Positions 1 to 10,658 of a stretch of DNA of 64,000 nt are shown here, piece by piece. Below the pieces are notes generated by a model. It did not search any database, was not told the DNA's origin, and was given only the letters and a program-made list of their open reading frames with translations. This stretch comes from Dimorphilus gyrociliatus (lineage: Eukaryota > Animalia > Annelida): positions 558,001 to 622,000 of the forward strand of contig CAJFCJ010000017.1 in NCBI GenBank assembly GCA_904063045.1, written 5' to 3'. Made by a program: the position numbers and the translations under genes. Numbering within the stretch: position 1 is the first letter of the stretch; the number at the start of each line of letters is the position of its first letter.

Positions 1-250
1 CTCCTATTGGACAATACATTTGGGCAAGGAAAGTTGATTTTGCTGAACATAATTTACAGTTGACGTCTACTGGCGTTGTCAGCCAAATCTAACATATACA
101 TTTAAAAAAAAGAGTCATCAAATGATGCTTTATAAGTTTAATTATATAAATTATTATTACAGGTCTTCCTCCAATCTTATTTGTCAGAGATGTTGAGCAA
201 TCATTTTCTATTTCATCATCAATGATGCCCAGTAAACACGTGCTAGCCAT
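1..250 (-). CDS. PDCD2L: Programmed cell death protein 2-like, 5' part only (runs off the window). Exons 250-161 and 88-<1
   Basis: Spliced translation MASTCLLGIIDDEIENDCSTSLTNKIGGRP|IWLTTPVDVNCKLCSAKSTFLAQMYCPIG matches the PDCD2L N-terminal pattern (LLG..KxGGxP..CxxC..QxYCP). The GT-AG intron 160-89 is in phase 0. Not in the ORF track. Confidence 0.85.
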
Positions 251-536
251 AAATTTTATCTATTACTCTACAAAACCCAAATTGTAATTTATAATAGTTA
301 TATGAAAAGGTAGAAGAAAATTTAATGAATATATTTACCTTAAAGATGAATATATTAATTATAATCTATTCGAATAAAATACAATATAACTCCATATAAT
401 GGAAAATATTCTGCAGTATATTTACACTTATCAAGTCTACCAGTTTATATAAAAAGCTTAAGAAAAATAAATATTTTCTACAGAATATTTTGCGAATTAT
501 GCTGTTTACAAACTTTATATTTTCATATTCAATCTT

Positions 537-1911
537 ATGGATTTAGTTGTCAGTTTTTCATTTTTGATTAAACTTATATGTTAAATAATTATTTATTTAT
601 TTCATCTTAGAGTATTATAACAACTGTCAAAAATGGTGAAAAATTTGTTGAAAAGTACTCTCATAGTATTCTTAATCAAGATTATAATGATGTCTTAGAA
701 TTATCAGTATACGATGACGGATCTACAGATAATACATTTGAAAGACTTTTAGCTTATAAAGCAAAGTTTGAAAAACGAAATATCAAACTAATTATAAAAA
801 GAGGAACTCGCGGAATTAGTAAAGGAGGTATATGATTATCCTAGACCCTATATCAAATATCGTTATATTTCATCTCTTTCCAGTTGGATATGGTAAAAAT
901 AGGGCTATTAAAGCGTCAACAGGAAAATTCCTCTGTTTTTTGGATATAGTAAGACAATTAAACGTCTTGTAATTAAATAGTAATATTCAATATTTTAAGG
1001 ATGATACAATGGAACCTTCCCGTATAACTAAACAATTACAATTAGCTAAGAACTATCCAGACAGTGTAAAATATAATAATATTCAATATTAGTATTTTAT
1101 ATTAATTGGTTTTTTACCCGTTTAGTTAATTGGTTGTCAATTTAGAAGAGAACCGGAAAACTCTACACAAAGGTACACAAAATGGGCAAATCGATTAAAT
1201 GAACATCAGTTAAATATTCAAATATATACTTCACACGGACCAACTATTATCATGCCAACTTGGTTTTGTTCAAGACAAGTTTGGTCTAAAGTTGGAGGAT
1301 TTGACGAAAGTGGAAAAGTTTGTAATCGAATTATAAATGATAAGAATTTTTGCTTTAGTAAGGGATTTTTATATTTCGTAGGGTTGCCCTGAAGACCTAT
1401 TATTCTTCTACCAACATATCAGATTAAAGGGTTTAATTAAACGTGTAGATGAAATTTTACTTAATTACATCTACCATCCATCCGCAACAACTTTCTCGAT
1501 AGACAAGTAAGTGAAAATGGTATTTATAGATCTAAATAAAAGCTTAAATACTATGTTTATTTATAAAGAGAAACTATTTGGAAGTATAGAGTATCCTTCT
1601 TAGAAGAAAGAGTTCTTAGATTTTGGGAAAGTTTTACAATTTGGAATGCTGGCAAACAGGGACGAAAGCTTTATAGAAGTCTTTCAAAAGAGAATAAGAA
1701 AAAAGTGATAGCATTGTGTGATGTTGATAAGAAGAAAATTGATAAATTTTCCTACAATTCGCAAGAAGGTCCTATACCAGTTATTCATTTTTCAAAAGCT
1801 GAATCTCCATTTGTTATTTGTGTTAAATTAGATTTAACAAATGGTTCTTTTGAACGCAATTTAGAATCTCTTAATTTGAAAGAAAATATCGATTATGTTC
1901 ATTTTAATTAA
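537..1911 (+). CDS. B3GNTL1: GT2 glycosyltransferase B3GNTL1 / queuosine-tRNA galactosyltransferase, about 7 exons
   Basis: Spliced translation includes MDLV|[46 protein letters not shown]|[67 protein letters not shown], which matches the family along its length. The 4-codon first exon is inferred. Confidence 0.9.
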
Positions 1912-2091
1912 CTTATTTACAATGAATAAATTATATTTATTATTTAATAATATAAGTATTCATTCAATCGTTTCGAGTAAAAACAATAATTCGATTCGTA
2001 ATGCGATATCGATAAAAATATCGATTCTAGAAAAACAACTTACTGTGCTGTGTACATTTTCACGGCACATTGTTTTAGACCGTTGCAAAAG

Positions 2092-2349
2092 ATGCTTCAG
2101 AATTACAGCAAATTCCTTTCAAATAATACAACAAACGATAACCATAGGTTTTCATTTGAAAAGCAAGATTTATTTGTTTTGGTTGTTGCAGTTTTTGTTT
2201 TATTTGTCATTTGTGCTCCTTTGATAATATTCTTATCGGCAATGGTTATTGGAAAGTATCTTATGACTTCTCAACAAAGAAATAAGAATGATAATATAAA
2301 CAATTTAGACTGGAAATTACTTCAATACTCTCGAGAGACAGATATTTAA
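2092..2349 (+). CDS. Small hypothetical single-pass membrane protein (85 aa)
   Basis: ATG at 2092 opens an ORF with one long hydrophobic stretch (LFVLVVAVFVLFVICAPLIIFLSAMVIG) and an N-terminal NTT sequon. I recognise no homology. Confidence 0.4.
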   Translation: MLQNYSKFLSNNTTNDNHRFSFEKQDLFVLVVAVFVLFVICAPLIIFLSAMVIGKYLMTSQQRNKNDNINNLDWKLLQYSRETDI

Positions 2350-3388
2350 CAAACTATGGTAAATTTTTTTCTTTTCTTTTTCGTTTGTTTCCAATTGTAT
2401 TTATCCTCCTATCATCATCATCGTCGTCGTCGACGTCGCCGCCATCGTCACTGTATGGAAAATTATAACAGAAGATGAAAAGGAATAGTTAGATATTAAC
2501 AATTTTCTTTCTTTTTTTGCCAATTAATAGCCTTGAAACGAAGATTTTAATTGATTATCTCACAAAAAAATGATGAATGTAAGATGCTTCTCTTTTCATT
2601 CAATAACTTATGAGGTAGACACATTTTCTTTTAGAATAAAGGATACATTCTTAAAATATCTTAATAGTTTATTAAAATACTTTATATCAATATAAAATAA
2701 AAAGTTAAAAAATAGCCAAACGACCTTAAAAGATTCTACCACTTTCTTAATATACAATTACAAGGCCTATTTTATGGAAAAGTCTCCTTATGGAACAAGA
2801 TATTTATTAATAACTAATAGGGAGGAAACATTTCTCATTTAATTATTATTACCGAACGGTACGAGGTATTAAATTGTGAAATAACATTTAATCAAAGCGT
2901 ATGTAAAACGATATGACATTGTCTTTTGTACGACTTTTAACTATTCTAAATTGTATATGTTTTATTTTTGCTTATAGGAGCTAAAAGCTAACCAACAGTG
3001 CAATATTTTTTCCTTCTTTTACTATGAAATCGATCAATGACACCAAACTAGTAGGCCTATTAAAATCTAGGCTAAAACATAATTAGTTATTGTAAAATAC
3101 TTGCGCAATACATACAATATGTATATAGTGTGTTTGTTAGCAGTTGTTTCTGTACCTTTTATTTTTACGTTGAGAAGAAAAACATTAGATTATAGGTTAA
3201 ATAAAGTTAATATAATTATTTATTAAACGATATTATTTATATTAACACAGAAATAGATGTTGTATATTTCGTGTTTATTATTGTTTTTGTTGAAAATAAC
3301 AACTTATTTAAAAAGATATCAAAGATATTTAAAAAAAAAAAAGACAAAGAGAGAATCTTAAAAATTTTATACCTAGTTATGAGACTTA

Positions 3389-4702
3389 TTATCTACTAAC
3401 GGCGGTATCCAAACCTAAAAATTGCTTCATAACCTCATATGTTGAAAACGATACTGCAACCATTGGTGCTGCTTTCATATAGTTAACAGTTAATCCCCTA
3501 TATAGTCCATTAACAACTCCGTATTTTATATAAACGTATTTTAATGTACTTGAACAACTTCGGAAGAGATACTGCTGTTCCGGTGGGTACATTATGGCCA
3601 ATTGCATTTTTCTCCTAACAACGTCCAAAGGATATGACACCGTTTGAGCAAAAGCACCTGAAATAGCTCCGCACATTAGCTTTGCTGGAATAGATAAGAC
3701 TTTACTATTTTCCTTATTTGGATTATCAGATCCAAATATTTCAGGCGCATTTGTTAATAGTTGAACTTTTAGAGTTTCAAAACAATAAAATGACAATCCA
3801 GCATATGGAACCATACCAAAGATAGTTGCCGTTATCCCTCTATAGAATCCTCTTATGCCAGAGTCTTCAGTAATCATACAGGATAGAGCATGAATAATTC
3901 CTTTATATATTCTTGTATCACTTCCTTGAAAAGCAAGTCTAGCTCGAATAATATCAAGTGGATAAGTGAACAACACAGCAGTTAAGCCTGCCAAAGCCCC
4001 AGGAACTAATCTGGATATGTGACCTGGTCCAAAAGTGTTTAAAGCTAACGGTTTATAAAATTCATAGCTTGTAAATTGTATTGCGGCATAAGGAAAGATT
4101 CTTATCATTTGTGCACTATTGCCTTTAAAAAGTCCTTGGAATCCTTCTCTCTTTTGAATGGCTATGATTGCTGAAAGTACGCCTAAATGTTTGTAGTGTT
4201 GATGATGAGCTTGTAAGAGTATTTTAACTCTATCAAATGGTGCAACAGTTGTCTTTGCAACGCATCCGGCTACTCCTAAAAAACGAAGGGAGATTTATTC
4301 CATATATAAATATAGATTATTATTAATATTTCAAGTTAAAATGTCATATGTTTCAATATCAGCACAAATTGCGTAATTCGCCAATAAAATTTTAAGATAA
4401 CTTATGAAATTGGATAGAAAAGATATACAATTTGTTCAAAATTTGTGATCATAAACAAAGAATAATATTTAGCGATAGTTAAATCTTATTATACAAAAAG
4501 ACTCTCACTTATGATAAATATTAGATAATATTTGATAGTTCATTAAACTCTAGTTCTTTTATTAGCAATAAACAGGTGTAAAGTTTTAGACTAAAATGGA
4601 AATAGACTATTATTTTATAACATTTGATAAATGATCAAATATTACTAATATCTTACCTCCAGCTATAAAGGTCTTTACATTCTCTCTGCTCGATTTTTTC
4701 AT
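3389..4702 (-). CDS. SLC25A16: Mitochondrial carrier, Graves disease carrier / CoA transporter, 2 exons (4702-4657, ~4277-3389)
   Basis: MKKSSRENVKTFIAG|GVAGCVAKTTVAPFDRVKILLQAHHQHYKHLGV..GNSAQMIRIFPYAAIQF. Three carrier repeats with PxD/ExxR/K signatures (PFDRVK, PLDIIRAR, PLDVVRRK). Confidence 0.93.
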
Positions 4703-4953
4703 TTTTACATCCAGTTTCTTCCATTTCTGGAGTGAAGGTCAATATGTAAAATGGAAACCGGTATGAAAAGGAATGTTTTACCAAACATTTATAAGAAAAT
4801 GTTATTTTCTTTTTTATCAACTTAATATATGACGATTGCCTTTACATATTTTAATATTTAGTTTATTACTATATGAAAACTGACATATATACGAAAGGAG
4901 CGTTAAATTTAGTTTAAATATTATTAAAATAAAGTGATTTAGAACAAATTGCG

Positions 4954-6534
4954 ATGCTATTTTGTAAGCCTATATTTTCAAACTTTTTTCTCATTAATTT
5001 TCTTGCTTTATTTGTGGAGAGAATCGAAAATAAGCCAAATAATGTTGTTATTATTTTAGGTAAACTTCTTTTTTATTGTATATGAAAAAAATTACTATTT
5101 TCCCTTAATTTTCCAGCGGATGATGGTGGCTTTGAAATTGGTGCTTATGGCAATAAAATTATTAAAACACCCAATTTGGATAATCTTGCAAAACGCAGTA
5201 AACTTTTTACATCAGCATTTACTTCTGTATCTTCCTGTTCACCTTCAAGAGCATCCTTGTTAACCGGCCTACCACAGCATACTAACGGAATGTATGGTTT
5301 ACATCAAGGAGTTCACAATTTTAATTCTTTGAATAGCATAGAATCAATATCCAAGGTTGTTAAACAACATGGAATCCGAACTGGTATTATAGGCAAGAAA
5401 CACGTCGGTCCTGAACTTGTTTATCCATTTGATTTTTCCGAAACTGAAGAAAATAATCCTATAAATCAAGTTGGAAGAAATATTACAAATATCAAACTAC
5501 TTGTAAGGAAATTCCTTAAAGAATCGGCAAATTCCAGTTTTTTTCTTCTAGTATCCTTTCACGATCCGCATAGATGCGGACATATAACACCGCAATTTGG
5601 TCCTTTTTGCGAAAAATGGGGTATTGATGGAATTCCCGATTGGAATCCAATAAAGTACGATCCTAGAGACGTTATCCTCCCTGATTTTGTACCAAACACT
5701 CAATCAGCCAGAGAGGATGTTGCTGCCCAATATCAAACAATTTCCAGGCTAGATCAGGGGGTTGGACTGGTTATGAAAGAGCTAGAGCATTATCTTGAAG
5801 ATACTCTTGTTTTCTATACTTCTGATAATGGAATACCCTTCCCAAGAGGACGTACTAATTTATATGAGTCTGGTTCAAAAGTTCCCCTTCTAGTCAGTTC
5901 TCCTAAATCCACGGAAAGTTGGGGAACTAAAACAAATGACCTTGTAAGTTTATTGGACATTGCACCAACTATTTACGAATGGTTTAGAATTCCATCTCCT
6001 GTCATTCACAGAAATCCGCATAAAAAACTTTCTTTACCAGGACAGTCTATACTTCCAATAATAGATGACGTAATCGGACAAACTAGGGACTATGTCTACT
6101 TGAGTCACAATCTTCACGAAGTAACTATGAATTATCCTATGAGAGCGATAAGAAGTAATCATTATAAGCTAATTCATAATTTGGCGTCGAACAGTCCATT
6201 TGGTGTGGATCAAGATCTATACGTTTCTCCAACGTGGATGGATATGATGAAAAGGATAAGGAAAAAGGAAAATTTGAACTGGTTTATTACGCTTAAGCAA
6301 TACTATTATAGAAGTGAATTTGAATTGTATGACCTAATAGTTGATCCATTAGAAAAAAACAATTTAGCATCCAAACCCGTCTATGACGAAATCTTGTACA
6401 ATTTAAAAGAGCAACTTCTTAAATGGCAAAGCAAAACTGAAGATCCATGGATTTGTTCTCCACACGCCGTTCTTGAAGATAAAGGATCTTATAAATATTC
6501 TCCACAATGTTTGCCCCTACACGACGATTTATAA
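4954..6534 (+). CDS. SGSH: N-sulphoglucosamine sulphohydrolase (sulfamidase), 2 exons
   Basis: Signal-peptide exon (MLFCKPIF..NVVIIL|ADDGGFE), sulfatase formylglycine motif CSPSRASLLTG, HDPHRCGH, SDNGIPFPRGRTNLY and the C-terminal DPWICSPHAVLE..C.PL. Confidence 0.96.
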
Positions 6535-6739
6535 TTAAACGAACAGACATATTTTTCTTACAAATTACTTAAAGATTTGTTTATTCATTTAAAGCTTTTT
6601 ACTTAAATTTCAAATTAATAAAAAATGGTTAAAAAAAAAGTGTTAATGATTAACATTTGTTCTCTATATAAGCTTTCAATACTCTCTTATCTTTTGTATG
6701 CTTGAATGGTACAAAGGTATATTGTCTTAAATTTCAGAT

Positions 6740-7418
6740 ATGGAAAACAACCAACATACAATAAATGAACAGTTATATGCTGTTGAAACTAACAAGATGA
6801 TGCCAAATAATGAAAAAAGAGAAAAGAAATATATTAAAATCAAACAATTTAAGATACCTGTATTCGACGTTGATGGGAAACCAATGATGATGAATCCTTC
6901 CTTCTCTACTATTGCTTGTGGAATTTTACTAGTGTTTGCAGGCGCTATGATTTTTGGTCTGATTTTGGTTTCATTCCACAGGTAATCTTATTTATTCCTT
7001 TGTAGGTTATAGGATATATTTTTCACAGAGAATCTTTTATAATAGACCATATATTGCGCGAATTCGAGAATACAATCGAATTAATAGACTTGGAAGTAGT
7101 TCGTCAGATATGCTCCTATACACCCGTAATAGCATGGACAAAGCCTACCTTTTAACAAGCGCTCAAGCTTGGTTTTGGCATAAAGGAATAACCTTAAAAG
7201 TAAAGCTTGGAGATTGTAAAACAAACTCTTCAGTGATGGTCGAAGGACGCAACTTGACTGAAATTTATCTTGGAGACATAATGGAGAGTCCGTCGAATAA
7301 CTTTAGAGTTAATTTTCCCAAGGATATCTGTATTCTTCCAAAGCTAAATAAGATAAAACCTGAATACGAATATGCATTAGTATCTGTTGTAAACTTTGGT
7401 AGACAAGGTAAGGAATAA
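6740..7418 (+). CDS. Hypothetical type II membrane protein, 2 exons
   Basis: ORF 6740 carries a TM segment (IACGILLVFAGAMIFGLILV). The donor CACAG|gtaatc and acceptor gttatag|GATATAT join it in frame to ORF 7110-7418. No family recognised. Confidence 0.55.
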
Positions 7419-7813
7419 AAAAGATTATTGTTATGATTATAAACAGTACTTTATTTATCTCCTCCAGTGAATTCCAGAAAGGAAGTTGATTTAGATATTT
7501 TTCAAACTAATTAGAGCATCTTGGAATTATGATCAAGTTACTTTGTTTTTTTTATTTATAATTGCAAAAATGCATTGTAAAAAAAAAAGGAAAACAACGA
7601 AAAAATATTGAAACTAAAAAGAATAATTTCATTTTTTTTGCATGGCCAGAAAATATACCAGTTTTTATTATTTATACTAATTTGGCCATATGCACATAAT
7701 TTGCGTAAGAGAAATGCTTCTTATTAACATTCTTTAGTACTCAAGCACAAGCGAATTCAATTTTGTCATATGTAAATGTAAAATAAACATTTAAAATGCC
7801 TTTTAAAAAATTT

Positions 7814-9574
7814 TTACAGGGGTTTATCAATAATACAAACGCCAGCGTAACTTCGTCCAGTCATCATTGATGTACTTAATAATGTCCAGTTATCCTCTTT
7901 TGGTTGATAATATTCTACAGATACTAAATTGCTAGAACCATCGTCCCCACCGACTACAAATAACATGCCCTGATGAGCTATAACGCCTGCGTTTCTCCTG
8001 CACATGTGCATATCAGCTACTTGCTTCCAAACATTAGTTGTAGCATCGTAAGCCTCAACGCTTTTTCGAACAAGAGGCCCATCGTGGCCACCAACGGCAT
8101 ATAAAAGACCATCAACGACTCCAACACCCGCTCCACTTCTCCTACAAGACATTTCGCATACTTCTGTCCAATTACCTGTTTCCGGATTGAACCTTTCGAC
8201 ACTTGATAGACAGTGCCTCGAAGCTCCATCGTAACCTCCAACGGCATAGAGAAAACCGTTAACAACGCCAACGCCGACCGAACTTCGTCTAGTAGACATG
8301 CTGCAAATGGGACGCCATGCATCTCTTAAAGGATCGTAGCATTCGACAGTGTTTAAGCCACTTGATCCGTCAAAACCACCCACAGCATAAATTAATCCGT
8401 TTAAAATTGCGGCTCCGAGAGTACTCCTTCTAGCTTCCATTGAAGCCACACTCTGCCATATATCTCTTTTTGGATCGTACTTGTCAACAGTTCTAACTCG
8501 TAAACTTCCGTTGAAACCTCCGACTGTATAAACATAACCATTCATTACAGCAACACCGCATCGACATCGACGATGTTGCATATCAGCTACCTGATACCAT
8601 TTATCATTCTTGAAATCGTAACACTCAACGCTTCTAATAGCCTTAGGCGCTTGACCTCCAATAACTAAAAGCAACTTAGGTAAACCAACTGGGGTTCTAG
8701 GTTTAGCTCTTGGAGTTTGAAACGAAGCCTGTTTGTCAGGCTGGGAAAGGTGAAAACTTAAAGCTTCAATCAGAAAATCTTTACATTCAGAGTTAGTTTT
8801 AAATAATCTCTCTTGCTCAACCTTTTCTATTAAAGTAGTTTGCGGCAGTAAACACAATCTCACGTATTCCATAAGTTCTGCAACGTATTTTTGTCTACTC
8901 TTATAGTCGTGATTAATCCATCCAAGGACAGCATCAAATACTAGTTCTTCGGAGGCTACTGTAAGCTTTTCACTGGATATTAACTTAGATACTTGATCAA
9001 CAGTCAATGCAAAGAATTCTTCGTGTTTTGTCACTTCGGAAAAATTTTGCTCTGTATAGGTTTGCGCGTAATGCACTAAATCTGAACAAGAATGCAGGTC
9101 TGCAAAAGCAAGAATACCCAAACAATTGGACGGATGTAACTGTGACTGCAAAAATTCACAACAAGCATCGCGAACTTCGGAAAGTTGTAATAAATTTGCA
9201 GCTGGGAGTAGGGTTTGAACATTCTCTTCGGTAACACTAATTTCTGATGTATACATAAAATCTATCAATTGCTGTAGAGCCTTTCCATCTATTTCCTGTA
9301 GGGTGACGCATGGTGCTCTTGCCTCGGCCAGTTCATTAGTAAACATAGCATAAAAGTATGGGCTGCAAGCTGATAACACAGCTCGATGAGCTGGGATTTC
9401 CAAACCATCAACTTGAAGGCAAACGTCGCATAACATACGTTGTTTTCTAAGTAGATTTAGTACATCAAAGGCTTTCTGAGTATGGCCTTGATGTTTATAA
9501 ACAGGTCTGAGATCGATATTTGGCAGAGATGTATCCATCATACCGTCTAAATCATCCATATCAGCTTCACACAT
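7814..9574 (-). CDS. KLHL2: Kelch-like protein (Drosophila Kelch / KLHL2-KLHL3 orthologue), CDS in one exon
   Basis: BTB (AHRAVLSACSPYFYAMF), BACK and six kelch repeats (GG..Y..W pattern). PKLLLVIGGQAPKAIRSVECYD matches KLHL2/3. An acceptor-like ttttcag just upstream suggests a further 5' exon. Confidence 0.93.
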   Translation of the reverse strand: MCEADMDDLDGMMDTSLPNIDLRPVYKHQGHTQKAFDVLNLLRKQRMLCDVCLQVDGLEIPAHRAVLSACSPYFYAMFTNELAEARAPCVTLQEIDGKALQQLIDFMYTSEISVTEENVQTLLPAANLLQLSEVRDACCEFLQSQLHPSNCLGILAFADLHSCSDLVHYAQTYTEQNFSEVTKHEEFFALTVDQVSKLISSEKLTVASEELVFDAVLGWINHDYKSRQKYVAELMEYVRLCLLPQTTLIEKVEQERLFKTNSECKDFLIEALSFHLSQPDKQASFQTPRAKPRTPVGLPKLLLVIGGQAPKAIRSVECYDFKNDKWYQVADMQHRRCRCGVAVMNGYVYTVGGFNGSLRVRTVDKYDPKRDIWQSVASMEARRSTLGAAILNGLIYAVGGFDGSSGLNTVECYDPLRDAWRPICSMSTRRSSVGVGVVNGFLYAVGGYDGASRHCLSSVERFNPETGNWTEVCEMSCRRSGAGVGVVDGLLYAVGGHDGPLVRKSVEAYDATTNVWKQVADMHMCRRNAGVIAHQGMLFVVGGDDGSSNLVSVEYYQPKEDNWTLLSTSMMTGRSYAGVCIIDKPL

Positions 9575-9976
9575 GTTTCTGAAAATGAAAAAAAAACATT
9601 AGCAATAATTTAATATTTACATACTATTTTCCTGTACTTTATACAGCCCGTGTAGGCTTTTAAAGAAGATTTACTATAGCGGAACGACATATTTTCAGAG
9701 GAATTGACAAACATAGATGTTCTAAAGGTATGTAAACAGATACAGTTGTCACGAATATTTTTCGTGACTTGATTGCTAATTTATGAAATAAAACATGATT
9801 AATCTTACCCAATCTCTTTGGAGGGAACGTTTAAATTCATGGCTTAAGATATGATTTCTTTTACTGATAAATAAGAATTTTATCAAGTCGAGATTTCGTA
9901 AAAACCGTATTCCATTGAGATTTATTTATAATTTTTCACAGGAACCGGAAATGAACACTCACACCACACTAGTGAA

Positions 9977-10573
9977 ATGCACTTCCGTCGATGGTTTTTA
10001 CGCGCCAATATCACCAGTCGTCAGATACTCTCTTCATTTTCTATTGCCAACATGAGTGGAACTATTGAATTCCCTTTGTCTAAACGTCCAAAGGAAGATC
10101 TCGAAACTGGTGAAACTAATGGAGTCAATGGAACTAACGGTAAGCCTAAACCGCTCCTTAAAATTGCTAAGCTGACCGAAAACGCTTTTTTACCAACACG
10201 AGGTTCAAAGCAAGCCGCAGGTTATGACTTATATTCGGCATACGACTACGCAATTCCAGCTAAGGGAAAAATTCTGGCAAAAACTGATATACAAATAGCT
10301 TTGCCTGAAGGTTGTTATGGGAGAGTGGCACCTAGGTCAGGCTTAGCCCACAAGCATTTTATCGATGTTGGAGCGGGAGTGATAGATCGAGACTACAGAG
10401 GAAACGTTGGAGTTATTATGTTTAATTTTGGAGAAGAAGAGTTTGAAGTAAAGAAGGGAGACAGAATTGCGCAGTTAATTCTTGAGAAAATCTACATCCT
10501 GGATATTGAAGAACTACCAACATTAGAAGATACTGAAAGGGGCTCTAATGGTTACGGCTCTACCGGAAAATAA
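9977..10573 (+). CDS. DUT: dUTP pyrophosphatase (trimeric dUTPase), intronless
   Basis: All five dUTPase motifs are present: [45 protein letters not shown]. Confidence 0.98.
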   Translation: MHFRRWFLRANITSRQILSSFSIANMSGTIEFPLSKRPKEDLETGETNGVNGTNGKPKPLLKIAKLTENAFLPTRGSKQAAGYDLYSAYDYAIPAKGKILAKTDIQIALPEGCYGRVAPRSGLAHKHFIDVGAGVIDRDYRGNVGVIMFNFGEEEFEVKKGDRIAQLILEKIYILDIEELPTLEDTERGSNGYGSTGK

Positions 10574-10658
10574 CACAATTTTTAATATTCCAAACTTATA
10601 TTTCTAACATTTATGTAATTTCAACGATTTTTTAGTAGTAAACATTTTATTACTGGTT

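Noticed and set aside
1591-1599. GTATCCTTC U12-like donor in B3GNTL1
   Set aside because: It lies inside a continuous coding exon (RVSFLEE) and has no matching U12 branch site.
7790-7816. Drosophila-kelch-style stop-codon readthrough into a second ORF
   Set aside because: The stop is TAA followed by A-rich sequence with no long downstream frame.
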